From an uncultured Flavobacterium sp. (GTDB taxonomy: Bacteria; Bacteroidota; Bacteroidia; Flavobacteriales; Flavobacteriaceae): DNA of 58,834 bases. The DNA is taken from positions 1-58,834 of the forward strand of contig CAZVQI010000002.1 in the NCBI GenBank assembly GCA_964629155.1. Direction: 5' to 3'. The notes under the pieces are model-generated. The model had not been told where the DNA came from and made no database searches. It worked only from the letters and a program-made list of their open reading frames with translations. Of the stretch, positions 9,724 to 17,533 are shown in pieces; position 1 is the first letter of the stretch, and every line of letters starts with the position of its first letter. The position numbers and the translations under genes are program-made.

Positions 9724-10311
9724 TTATTTGCTTTTGCTTGTCAAATCGTCTATAAATTTGTTCTCTAAATTAAGAGCGTCGTTTTGAAACTGTTTTAATT
9801 TGGCAATTGTGGCAATTGCAGGAAAATCTTTAAAATAATACTCTAACCAATCTGCTTTTACCCCGTTTTTATCTATAACAGTTTCAGTATTTAAGTCTGA
9901 TTTTATTTTTTCTTTTAGGCGATTGCTTTCGGTTAGAGTCAAAATATTTTCTCGATAAGTGTTGATGGTTTCAACCAATCGTTTGCCTTTTCCGTGCTCA
10001 AACAAAAGACTGTTTACTTCATCAATTTCTGAAAAATTGTCATTTTCTGATAGAGGTAGTTCGTGAATTATCTGATTTAGATTATCATAAAAGTCTTTTG
10101 TCAATTTGTCATACTCTAAGGCGATAGACTTTAGAGAATCGTTTTGAATTTCACCGATTTTATTTTTTACTTCGTGTTTTAAAACAAGAGACTGTTCATC
10201 TGTTTTTTGGATTATTTTCTGAAAAGCATCAGAAACAGAATTCTGTTTGCAAGAGCTCAGAAACAAAGTAAAAACAAAAAAAAAGATAATTTTTCCAGGT
10301 GAAAATATCAT
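9724..10311 (-). CDS. Lipoprotein resembling the GldM/PorM N-terminal (D1) domain
   Basis: Lipobox FLSSC; KNGVKADWLEYYFKDFPAIATIAKLKQFQND resembles the end of GldM D1 (recalled, not aligned). Confidence 0.7.
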   Translation of the reverse strand: MIFSPGKIIFFFVFTLFLSSCKQNSVSDAFQKIIQKTDEQSLVLKHEVKNKIGEIQNDSLKSIALEYDKLTKDFYDNLNQIIHELPLSENDNFSEIDEVNSLLFEHGKGKRLVETINTYRENILTLTESNRLKEKIKSDLNTETVIDKNGVKADWLEYYFKDFPAIATIAKLKQFQNDALNLENKFIDDLTSKSK

Positions 10312-10381
10312 AATAAGGGGTTAGAGAGATATACTTGTCAAAAGTATTGATTTTTTCCCACACTGACAAACGAACAAAATC

Positions 10382-11095
10382 TTAAACACTAATGATTTCT
10401 GATTCGTGTAAAATTTCTTCTCTGCGTAATCTTAGCAGGATTTGAGCTACGGTAACCACATCTTTTTCGCAGTAGGTAATTATTCTGTCAATATCCTTTT
10501 CCACGTAGTAAACGTAGGCTACCTGACTACCGTCAATATCGTCTTTAGGTGAAGGAATATTTAAAACATTTGCTAATAGTCTTAAAGAAGTAAAATTTTT
10601 GTAATCCCCGAACTTCCATAGCTCCATAGTATCCAAATGCGGAATTTCCCAAGGTTTTTTGCCAAACAGATTCAGCTTGTTCGGAATTGGTAATCCGTGA
10701 ATAATCATTCGTCTTGCAATAAACGGAAAGTCAAATTCTTTGGAATTATGTCCGCACAGTAAATGTTCAGGTTTGTTGAAATAATTATTAAGCAGGTTAG
10801 AAAAATCTTTCAGGATTTTAGGTTCATCTCCGAAAAAAGATGTAACTCTAAAATTTCGGATGTCATTCTTAAAAGTAAAATATCCGACAGAAATACAAAT
10901 TATTTTGCCGAATTCAGCCCAAATTCCGGCTTTTTCGTAAAATTCTTCAGCAGTTTGTTCTTCCTTTCTTTGATATTTGGTTTTTGCATCAAAAAGTTCT
11001 TTTCTTTCGTCCGAAAGCATATTGAAATGCTCCTCTTCCGGAACAGTTTCAATATCCAAAAAAAGAATATTCTGTAAGTTGATTTTTTCGAGCAT
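10382..11095 (-). CDS. Stand-alone PolB-like 3'-5' exonuclease (DEDDy)
   Basis: DIETVP, HNSKEFDFPF, YCEKD; TATCTTTG box at 11115-11122 supports ATG 11095. Confidence 0.88.
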   Translation of the reverse strand: MLEKINLQNILFLDIETVPEEEHFNMLSDERKELFDAKTKYQRKEEQTAEEFYEKAGIWAEFGKIICISVGYFTFKNDIRNFRVTSFFGDEPKILKDFSNLLNNYFNKPEHLLCGHNSKEFDFPFIARRMIIHGLPIPNKLNLFGKKPWEIPHLDTMELWKFGDYKNFTSLRLLANVLNIPSPKDDIDGSQVAYVYYVEKDIDRIITYCEKDVVTVAQILLRLRREEILHESEIISV

Positions 11096-11240
11096 CTTTT
11101 TATGGTTCTTGTAACAAAGATAGAGTTTTGGGGTTTTATGACAAAATAACATTATAATATTGCGAAAAAGAAAGTAACAAGTAATAAATGTATATGAAAA
11201 TGAGATTATAGATTTATTTTCTGATTTCGATTAAAAGACC

Positions 11241-11248
11241 TACTTTTG
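11241..11248 (+). promoter_or_regulatory. Bacteroidota -7 promoter of ndk
   Basis: TACTTTTG 22 nt upstream of the ATG. Confidence 0.7.
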
Positions 11249-11270
11249 CACGACATAAAAAAATGAAAAA

Positions 11271-11690
11271 ATGGCAACAAACAGAACTTTTACAATGATT
11301 AAACCCGATGCAGTAGAAAAAGGGTATATCGGAGGAATTTTAAATATGATTACTGAAGCGGGTTTCAGAATCGTGGCAATGAAGTTGACTCAACTTACTG
11401 TGGCTGATGCAAAAAAGTTTTATGAGGTTCATAAAGATCGTCCTTTTTATGGAGAATTGGTTGAATTTATGTCAAGAGGACCTATTGTAGCTGCTATCTT
11501 AGAAAAAGAAAATGCGGTTGAGGACTTTCGTAAATTAATTGGAGCTACTAACCCTGCTGAAGCAGCAGAAGGAACTATTCGTAAAAAATACGCTACTTCT
11601 GTAGGAGAAAATGCTGTACATGGTTCGGATAGCGATGAAAATGCAGCTATCGAAGCCGCTTTCCATTTTTCAGGAAGAGAAATGTTTTAA
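11271..11690 (+). CDS. ndk: Nucleoside diphosphate kinase
   Basis: [25 protein letters not shown]. Confidence 0.98.
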   Translation: MATNRTFTMIKPDAVEKGYIGGILNMITEAGFRIVAMKLTQLTVADAKKFYEVHKDRPFYGELVEFMSRGPIVAAILEKENAVEDFRKLIGATNPAEAAEGTIRKKYATSVGENAVHGSDSDENAAIEAAFHFSGREMF

Positions 11691-11705
11691 TACCTAAACT
11701 AACTG

Positions 11706-11746
11706 AGTTTTGCTTTTCAGACTCTATGAAAAGCAAAACTTTTCTT
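11706..11746 (+). terminator. Intrinsic terminator after ndk
   Basis: Perfect 14-bp stem AGTTTTGCTTTTCA/TGAAAAGCAAAACT, 7-nt loop, T-rich tail. Confidence 0.75.
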
Positions 11747-11813
11747 CACTTCAAGTTCATTTCTGTTGAACATACCAAAACTAAGCTTCAAATCACTCTG
11801 AAATTAAATTAAA

Positions 11814-12749
11814 ATGAACCAGACTACAAATACTATATTGATGATTCGTCCGGTAGCTTTCCGTATGAACGAACAAACGGCTGTAAATAACTATTACCAA
11901 AAGGTTTTAGACAATCTTTCTCCGAAAGATGCCAATAAGAGAGCACAGGAAGAATTTGATGCTTTTGTAGAGAAACTTCGTTCGGTTGGAGTTAATGTAA
12001 TTGTTGTAGAAGACACACATATTCCTGATACTCCGGATAGTATTTTTCCGAACAACTGGATTTCATTTCACCAAAACGGAGATGTAATTCTGTATCCGAT
12101 GTTTGCCGAAAACAGACGAGCAGAACGCAGAGAAGATATATTGGATATTATTGAAGAACAAGGTTTTTTAATCGAAAATGTAGCTGATTATACTTCTGCT
12201 GAAGAAGCTGATAAGTTTTTAGAAGGTACCGGAAGTATAGTATTGGACAGAGTGAATGCTAAGGCATATTGTGCTTTATCTCCGAGAGCAGACGAAGAAT
12301 TGTTTATTGAGTTTTGTGAAGATCAAGATTTGGCGCCTATCATTTTTCATGCTTATCAAACCGTAAACGGAAAAAGAGAGTTGATTTATCACACTAATGT
12401 AATGATGTGTGTAGGAGAGAAGTTTGCGGTAATTTGTGCGGATTGTATTGATGATAAGCAAGAAAGAAAATTGGTTTTGGAATCTTTAAAATCAGACGGA
12501 AAAGAAGTTATTCTCATCACAGAAGACCAAGTAAACAATTTTGCCGGAAATATGCTTGAGGTAAAAGGCAAAGACAATAAGAGTTATTTGGTAATGAGCA
12601 AATCAGCTCATCAGAGCCTAACAAAAGATCAGATTTCCAAAATCGAAAAGTATTCAGAGATTTTATCTTCTTCTCTTGATGTAATTGAAGCTTGCGGAGG
12701 AGGGAGTGCCAGATGTATGATGGCAGAAGTATTCTTGCCGAGAGCTTAA
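11814..12749 (+). CDS. ctlX: Citrulline utilization hydrolase CtlX (amidinotransferase/pentein family)
   Basis: MIRPVAF, PDSIFPNNW, LEGTGS, IYHTNVMM, GGGSARCM. Confidence 0.88.
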   Translation: MNQTTNTILMIRPVAFRMNEQTAVNNYYQKVLDNLSPKDANKRAQEEFDAFVEKLRSVGVNVIVVEDTHIPDTPDSIFPNNWISFHQNGDVILYPMFAENRRAERREDILDIIEEQGFLIENVADYTSAEEADKFLEGTGSIVLDRVNAKAYCALSPRADEELFIEFCEDQDLAPIIFHAYQTVNGKRELIYHTNVMMCVGEKFAVICADCIDDKQERKLVLESLKSDGKEVILITEDQVNNFAGNMLEVKGKDNKSYLVMSKSAHQSLTKDQISKIEKYSEILSSSLDVIEACGGGSARCMMAEVFLPRA

Positions 12750-12763
12750 TAATTCAACGTAAA

Positions 12764-13087
12764 ATGGCTTGGATTTTACTCATCATAGCAGGACTGTTTG
12801 AAGTTGCTTTTGCATCCTGTTTAGGGAAAGCAAAAGAAACCTCCGGAGCAGAATCGACGTATTGGTTTATAGGTTTTTTAGCTTGTTTGTCGGTGAGTAT
12901 GACACTTCTGTACAAAGCCACTCAAACACTCCCAATAGGTACGGCTTATGCGGTGTGGACAGGTATAGGAGCTGTGGGAACGGTGCTTATCGGGATATTT
13001 GTTTTTAAAGAACCCGCTACATTTTGGAGAGTGTTTTTTATTTCCACTCTAATTGCTTCGATTATTGGGTTAAAGGCCGTTTCGTAG
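12764..13087 (+). CDS. SMR family exporter, SugE/Gdx-like
   Basis: MAWILLIIAGLFEV (membrane Glu), LPIGTAYAVWTGIG, 4 TM; start at 12764. Confidence 0.9.
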   Translation: MAWILLIIAGLFEVAFASCLGKAKETSGAESTYWFIGFLACLSVSMTLLYKATQTLPIGTAYAVWTGIGAVGTVLIGIFVFKEPATFWRVFFISTLIASIIGLKAVS

Positions 13088-13119
13088 GTTTCTTGTAGTG
13101 GCGCAAATATTCTAAAATT

Positions 13120-13734
13120 TTAAAAAAGTCCGTTGAGCTCAGCATCTATTTTATTGATTATAGTTCCTAAATCTTCCGGATTATCTACAAAGTTGATGTG
13201 ATCTACATCTATAATTAAGAGTTTCCCCTTGTTGTACCCCTGAATCCAAGCTTCATATCTTTCGTTAAGTCTTGACAGATAGTCAATTGAAATAGAATTT
13301 TCGTATTCTCTTCCTCTTTTGTGGATTTGCCCTACTAAGTTAGGAACGGAACTTCTTAAGTAAATCAATAAATCGGGAGCTTTTACCATAGTTTCCATAA
13401 GCTCGAAAAGCGAAACGTAATTTTGGAAATCTCGATGTGTCATAAGCCCCATATCGTGAAGGTTAGGAGCAAAAATATGAGCATCTTCATAAATGGTTCT
13501 GTCCTGAATTATTTTTTTTCCGCTTTGTCTGATTTGCAAGATTTGTCTAAAACGACTGTTCAGAAAGTAAATCTGGAGATTAAAACTCCAACGATCCATC
13601 TGATGATAAAAATCATCTAAATACGGATTGTCTACCACATCTTCATAGTGTGGTTCCCATTTGAAGTGTTTGGCTAAAAGTCCTGTAAGTGTGGTTTTTC
13701 CTGCTCCGATATTTCCTGCAACAGCTATATGCAT
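13120..13734 (-). CDS. Deoxynucleoside kinase
   Basis: GNIGAGKTT P-loop, LQIYFL, DRTIYED, RGREYE. Confidence 0.93.
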   Translation of the reverse strand: MHIAVAGNIGAGKTTLTGLLAKHFKWEPHYEDVVDNPYLDDFYHQMDRWSFNLQIYFLNSRFRQILQIRQSGKKIIQDRTIYEDAHIFAPNLHDMGLMTHRDFQNYVSLFELMETMVKAPDLLIYLRSSVPNLVGQIHKRGREYENSISIDYLSRLNERYEAWIQGYNKGKLLIIDVDHINFVDNPEDLGTIINKIDAELNGLF

Positions 13735-14516
13735 TATGGTAAATTTATTTTGTAATTATATAAAACATTTTCTGCGAAAAAAGTCAAAAGCCCGTTTTTA
13801 AAATCGAATTTTTCAACCCTTTTCTCAAAAGAAAAAAGGTGTTCAGTTTTGTTTTTATCAGCTTGGTAAAGATACAAATTTCCGTTTGAGGTCAAAAGTA
13901 TTTTTCCCGAATCGGTTATCAATATTTTTTCAAATTCAGGAATTTTTCCCGATAGTGTTACTTTTCCGTAATTGTCATACGTAAACATCTGATTATCTTC
14001 AGAAATTTGTGTCCAATAATTATAATGAGATTGATGATATTTAAAAGTGTTTTTAAAAGGCTGATTTATCGGATTTGTTTTTCGGTTCAAGTAGTCAAAT
14101 AAAATCAACTGATTGCTCAAGTTATCATAAATCCAAAAGCGGTTTTGTGAAGCGACGGAACAGGTTTGAGCCACTAAATTAAATTCATTCAGGTTGATTT
14201 TTGCAATTTCCGAAAGTTGGTTGTCAAGTAAAATAACCTGATTAAATTCTTTGTAAAAGACCAGAATTTTCAAAGGATTTATCAAATCAACAGAATGGAT
14301 TTCTCCTAAAGACAGGTTTTTATATTCCCATTTTTCGGAGTTTTTTTGTTTGTATAAAACATTGTTTTTGGAGTAATAATCATACCCTAAAATGTCTTTC
14401 CCGAAGTATTGGTCTGCCTTTATCCGAATCGAATCTACAAAAACAGTTTGGGTGTTTTGAGCCATAGTCAAAACAGAAAAGAAAAAACCGCAAACAACAA
14501 GAAAGTTTTTTAGCAT
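13734..14516 (-). CDS. Hypothetical exported beta-rich protein
   Basis: Signal peptide; DLINPLKILVFY..ILLDNQL; stop overlaps the kinase start. Confidence 0.75.
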   Translation of the reverse strand: MLKNFLVVCGFFFSVLTMAQNTQTVFVDSIRIKADQYFGKDILGYDYYSKNNVLYKQKNSEKWEYKNLSLGEIHSVDLINPLKILVFYKEFNQVILLDNQLSEIAKINLNEFNLVAQTCSVASQNRFWIYDNLSNQLILFDYLNRKTNPINQPFKNTFKYHQSHYNYWTQISEDNQMFTYDNYGKVTLSGKIPEFEKILITDSGKILLTSNGNLYLYQADKNKTEHLFSFEKRVEKFDFKNGLLTFFAENVLYNYKINLP

Positions 14517-14636
14517 CGGTTATGTTTTAGAGCAGATAATGTAATTTGAGTTGGTTAAAACCTTAAACCAAAAATAACCGATATTATTTCAACCTCCAAA
14601 TTCTTTTTGAAAAGAAAAGTTTAAGAAGTTTAAATA

Positions 14637-14680
14637 AAAAACGGCTCAAACGCTTATATTTCAAAGGATTGAGCCGTTAT
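14637..14680 (-). terminator. Long-loop terminator downstream of tRNA-Met
   Basis: AACGGCTCAA/TTGAGCCGTT inverted repeat with a T-run on the minus strand. Confidence 0.6.
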
Positions 14681-14682
14681 AG

Positions 14683-14756
14683 TAGCGAAGACGGGAGTTG
14701 AACCCGTGACCTCAGGGTTATGAATCCTGCGCTCTAACCGACTGAGCTACCTCGCC
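14683..14756 (-). tRNA. tRNA-Met (CAT), probably elongator
   Basis: Minus strand GGCGAGGTAGCTCAGTCGGTTAGAGCGCAGGATTCATAACCCTGAGGTCACGGGTTCAACTCCCGTCTTCGCTA; cloverleaf, CAT anticodon, G1-U72, no encoded CCA. Confidence 0.93.
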
Positions 14757-14786
14757 ATATTTGAAGAGCTATCTTCAATTGGGTTG

Positions 14787-14794
14787 CAAATTTA
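14787..14794 (-). promoter_or_regulatory. -7 promoter of tRNA-Met
   Basis: TAAATTTG on the minus strand 30 nt upstream of the tRNA. Confidence 0.7.
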
Positions 14795-14899
14795 AGTTGT
14801 TTTTTTGAAGTACGCAAAACAAAAAATAAAAGTTTTTTAAAAAATGATTTTTTTTTACGGTTCATATTCTATATATTTCGGAAATTATTTTATGAAACT

Positions 14900-15292
14900 A
14901 TGTCGGAGAAAATTAAATACGAAATGGAGTTCCCTATTACAGCGTCTCCACAATTGTTATATCAATATATTTCAACATCTTCGGGCTTAGCAGAATGGTT
15001 TGCGGATAATGTAAATTCGAGAGGAGAGATATTCACTTTTATTTGGGATGGAGAGGCTGAAAGGGCTAAAATTTCTACCAAAAAATCTTCGGAAAGGGTG
15101 AAGTTCCGTTGGATAGACGAGAACGACAACGAGACTAACTATTTTTTTGAGTTCAGAATTCAGGAAGACGAACTCACAAAAGACGTTTCGTTGGTTGTAA
15201 CAGACTTTGCCGAAGAAGACGAGATTGAAGAAGCCAAACAATTATGGGAGTCTCAGATTGCAGATTTAAAATTGGTTTTGGGGTCTTCTTAA
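14900..15292 (+). CDS. START-like (SRPBCC) domain protein
   Basis: GLAEWFADNV, FTFIWDG, LVVTDFAE motifs. Confidence 0.85.
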   Translation: MSEKIKYEMEFPITASPQLLYQYISTSSGLAEWFADNVNSRGEIFTFIWDGEAERAKISTKKSSERVKFRWIDENDNETNYFFEFRIQEDELTKDVSLVVTDFAEEDEIEEAKQLWESQIADLKLVLGSS

Positions 15293-15353
15293 AACTCATT
15301 TATTTGGTATCTTTGCAGCACCTTCTTTATGGGTGCTTTTTTATTTTTTTAAA

Positions 15354-16199
15354 ATGATAAACTTTAACGGTAATATAATAAATTCAAACCTTAATCAACT
15401 ACATAATAATAGGGCTTTTTTGTTTGGTGATGCTGTTTTTGAAACTTTAAAGGTTGTAGGTAATAAAATTTTGTTTTTTGAAGACCATTATTTTAGGCTG
15501 ATGTCTTCAATGCGAATTCTCAGAATGGAAATTCCGATGAACTTCACTATGGAATTCCTGGAAGAGCAAATACTCTCACTTATTTCACAAACAGAAAAAG
15601 CCTCTGCATATCGAGTTCGTTTCACGGTTTTTCGCGATTCAGAAGGGTTATATCTTCCAAACACTAATGATGTTGGTTATTTGATTAAGGTTAATTTGCT
15701 GGAGAACTCATTGTATACTATTTCGGAACAAATGTACGAAGTGGATTTATACAAAGATTTTTATGTTTCTAAACAACTTCTTTCTACCATAAAATCGACC
15801 AACAGAGTTTTGAATATTATGGGGAGTATTTTTGCTCATGAAAACGGATTGCAAAACTGTTTACTGTTAAATGATACTAAAAATATAGTAGAAGCTTTAA
15901 ACAGCAATGTATTTATGTTGTTGGGAGGAAAGCTTATTACCCCTCCTGTTTCTGAAGGATGTATTGCGGGAATCTTCCGTAAACAAATTCTTGCCGAAGC
16001 TAAAAAAATGGAAGATATACAAGTGATAGAACAACCTATCTCTCCTTTTGACTTACAAAAGGCAGATGAACTTTTTATCACTAATGTTATAACGGGAATT
16101 CAGCCGATTACCAAATACCGTAAAAAAGAGTTTCAGAGTACTTTGGCTTTTGAATTACTGAATCGTATTAATGAGGGGATAAAAGTATCTTTATCGTAA
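15354..16199 (+). CDS. Class IV aminotransferase / aminodeoxychorismate lyase-like
   Basis: NRAFLFGDAVFET, HYFRL, PLP Lys in TIKSTN, GCIAGIFR, ADELFITN; TATCTTTG at 15308-15315. Confidence 0.88.
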   Translation: MINFNGNIINSNLNQLHNNRAFLFGDAVFETLKVVGNKILFFEDHYFRLMSSMRILRMEIPMNFTMEFLEEQILSLISQTEKASAYRVRFTVFRDSEGLYLPNTNDVGYLIKVNLLENSLYTISEQMYEVDLYKDFYVSKQLLSTIKSTNRVLNIMGSIFAHENGLQNCLLLNDTKNIVEALNSNVFMLLGGKLITPPVSEGCIAGIFRKQILAEAKKMEDIQVIEQPISPFDLQKADELFITNVITGIQPITKYRKKEFQSTLAFELLNRINEGIKVSLS

Positions 16200-16222
16200 A
16201 AGATAGAAGGTGGCTTTTCAAT

Positions 16223-16297
16223 AAAAAAACTGTCTAAAATCCTTTTTTAGCTATTCAGACGAATTTGGAAAAAGAGAATTTTAGACAGTTTTTTTTT
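16223..16297. terminator. Long inverted repeat / bidirectional terminator
   Basis: AAAAAAACTGTCTAAAAT...ATTTTAGACAGTTTTTTT between convergent genes. Confidence 0.7.
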
Positions 16298-16307
16298 AAA
16301 AGAAATA

Positions 16308-16739
16308 TTATTCTTGTGTTTCTTCTTGTTTTTGACCTCTTTGTTTGATTTCCATATCTTTAGAAACCACACCTTTGGCAACAAGCATATTGTACCAATT
16401 GATTATTTTTTTGATGTCAGAAGCGTAAACCCTTTCTGTGTCGTAATTCGGAACTACTTCTGCAAAATAAGCTTCTAATTTTTCTTTGTCTTCTTTATGA
16501 GAGATAGTTGGTTTGTTATCTTCTTTTTCTGCAATAGCTTTTAGGATTTCTGCAAGCGGTTTTTCACCGTCATAAGTGTAAACAGAAATTTCAGACAGCA
16601 AACTCACATTACTTTGTAATCCTACATTTATCTTTTTTCCGTCAGCTAATGATTCTGCTAAAAATCCTGAGCGGGTTTGCACTTTTAATTCATAAAGTCC
16701 CGGTTTTCCGGAAATGGCTAAAATCTTTTCTAAACTCAT
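16308..16739 (-). CDS. DUF5606-like conserved Bacteroidota protein
   Basis: ILAISGKPGLY and PNYDTERVYASDIKKIINWYN motifs. Confidence 0.82.
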   Translation of the reverse strand: MSLEKILAISGKPGLYELKVQTRSGFLAESLADGKKINVGLQSNVSLLSEISVYTYDGEKPLAEILKAIAEKEDNKPTISHKEDKEKLEAYFAEVVPNYDTERVYASDIKKIINWYNMLVAKGVVSKDMEIKQRGQKQEETQE

Positions 16740-16803
16740 TTTTATTTAGTTAATAGTTAATAAGTTACTTGTCTAATTGTTGATTAAAAATAGAGGAGGA
16801 GGG

Positions 16804-17391
16804 TTATCTTCCTTTTTTAACGGCAAATTTCATTCTGTAATCTACACTGGTTTTGCCTTCCATTATGTTTTTGAGTTTCTTTTCGTTTAAACGTTTTTTG
16901 AAAGAAGAAATTTTATCGGTAAACAAAATTCCTTCAATATGGTCGTATTCGTGTTGAATAACACGAGCACGAAGTCCGTCATATTCTTCGGTATGTTTCT
17001 GGAAATTTTCGTCATAATACTCAATCGCTATTTTATCATGACGAGTTACATCTTCATGTATTCCGGGAATACTTAAACATCCTTCATTAAAAGCCCAAAG
17101 TCCGCCTTCTTCTTTGAGCATTTTAGCGTTGATAAATACTTTTTTGAAACCTTTGAGCTCTTCTTGTTCTTGTTTTGACAAATCATCATTTTCTGAAAAA
17201 GGTGTAGTATCAATAACAAACAAACGGATAGAAAGCCCGATTTGAGGTGCCGCCAAACCTACCCCATGTGCATTATACATGGTGTCAAACATGTTGGTGA
17301 TAAGTTGGTTCAATTCGGGATAATCTTTGGAGATTTCTACTCCTTTCTTGCGCAATACCGCATCTCCGTATCCAATTATGGGTAAAATCAT
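16804..17391 (-). CDS. def: Peptide deformylase
   Basis: GVGLAAPQIG, EGCLS, QHEYDH; start MILPIIGYG at 17391 with TATCTTTG at 17411-17418. Confidence 0.97.
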   Translation of the reverse strand: MILPIIGYGDAVLRKKGVEISKDYPELNQLITNMFDTMYNAHGVGLAAPQIGLSIRLFVIDTTPFSENDDLSKQEQEELKGFKKVFINAKMLKEEGGLWAFNEGCLSIPGIHEDVTRHDKIAIEYYDENFQKHTEEYDGLRARVIQHEYDHIEGILFTDKISSFKKRLNEKKLKNIMEGKTSVDYRMKFAVKKGR

Positions 17392-17533
17392 TCTTTTAAA
17401 TTTAAAGTTGCAAAGATATAATTTATGATTTAAGATTGACGATTGTTGTTTGCAGATTTTATGCGTAAATTTACAGAACTTTTTTATTATTTGATTTCTA
17501 AGGATTACCTTTGTTTTTTTAGAGAAAATTATA

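Noticed and set aside
10382-11095. Exonuclease, MazG or deoxynucleoside kinase as anti-phage defence genes
   Set aside because: They look like ordinary housekeeping orthologs with no defence-island context
11690-11813. Guanidine riboswitch upstream of ctlX
   Set aside because: Only an AT-rich terminator hairpin is visible; no recognisable riboswitch motifs
12692-12763. Extended SMR start overlapping ctlX
   Set aside because: The canonical MAW start is at 12764
14683-14756. Initiator tRNA-fMet or tRNA-Ile2 assignment
   Set aside because: No C1:A72 mismatch or three consecutive G-C pairs closing the anticodon stem; Ile2 is less likely but not excluded without tRNAscan-SE
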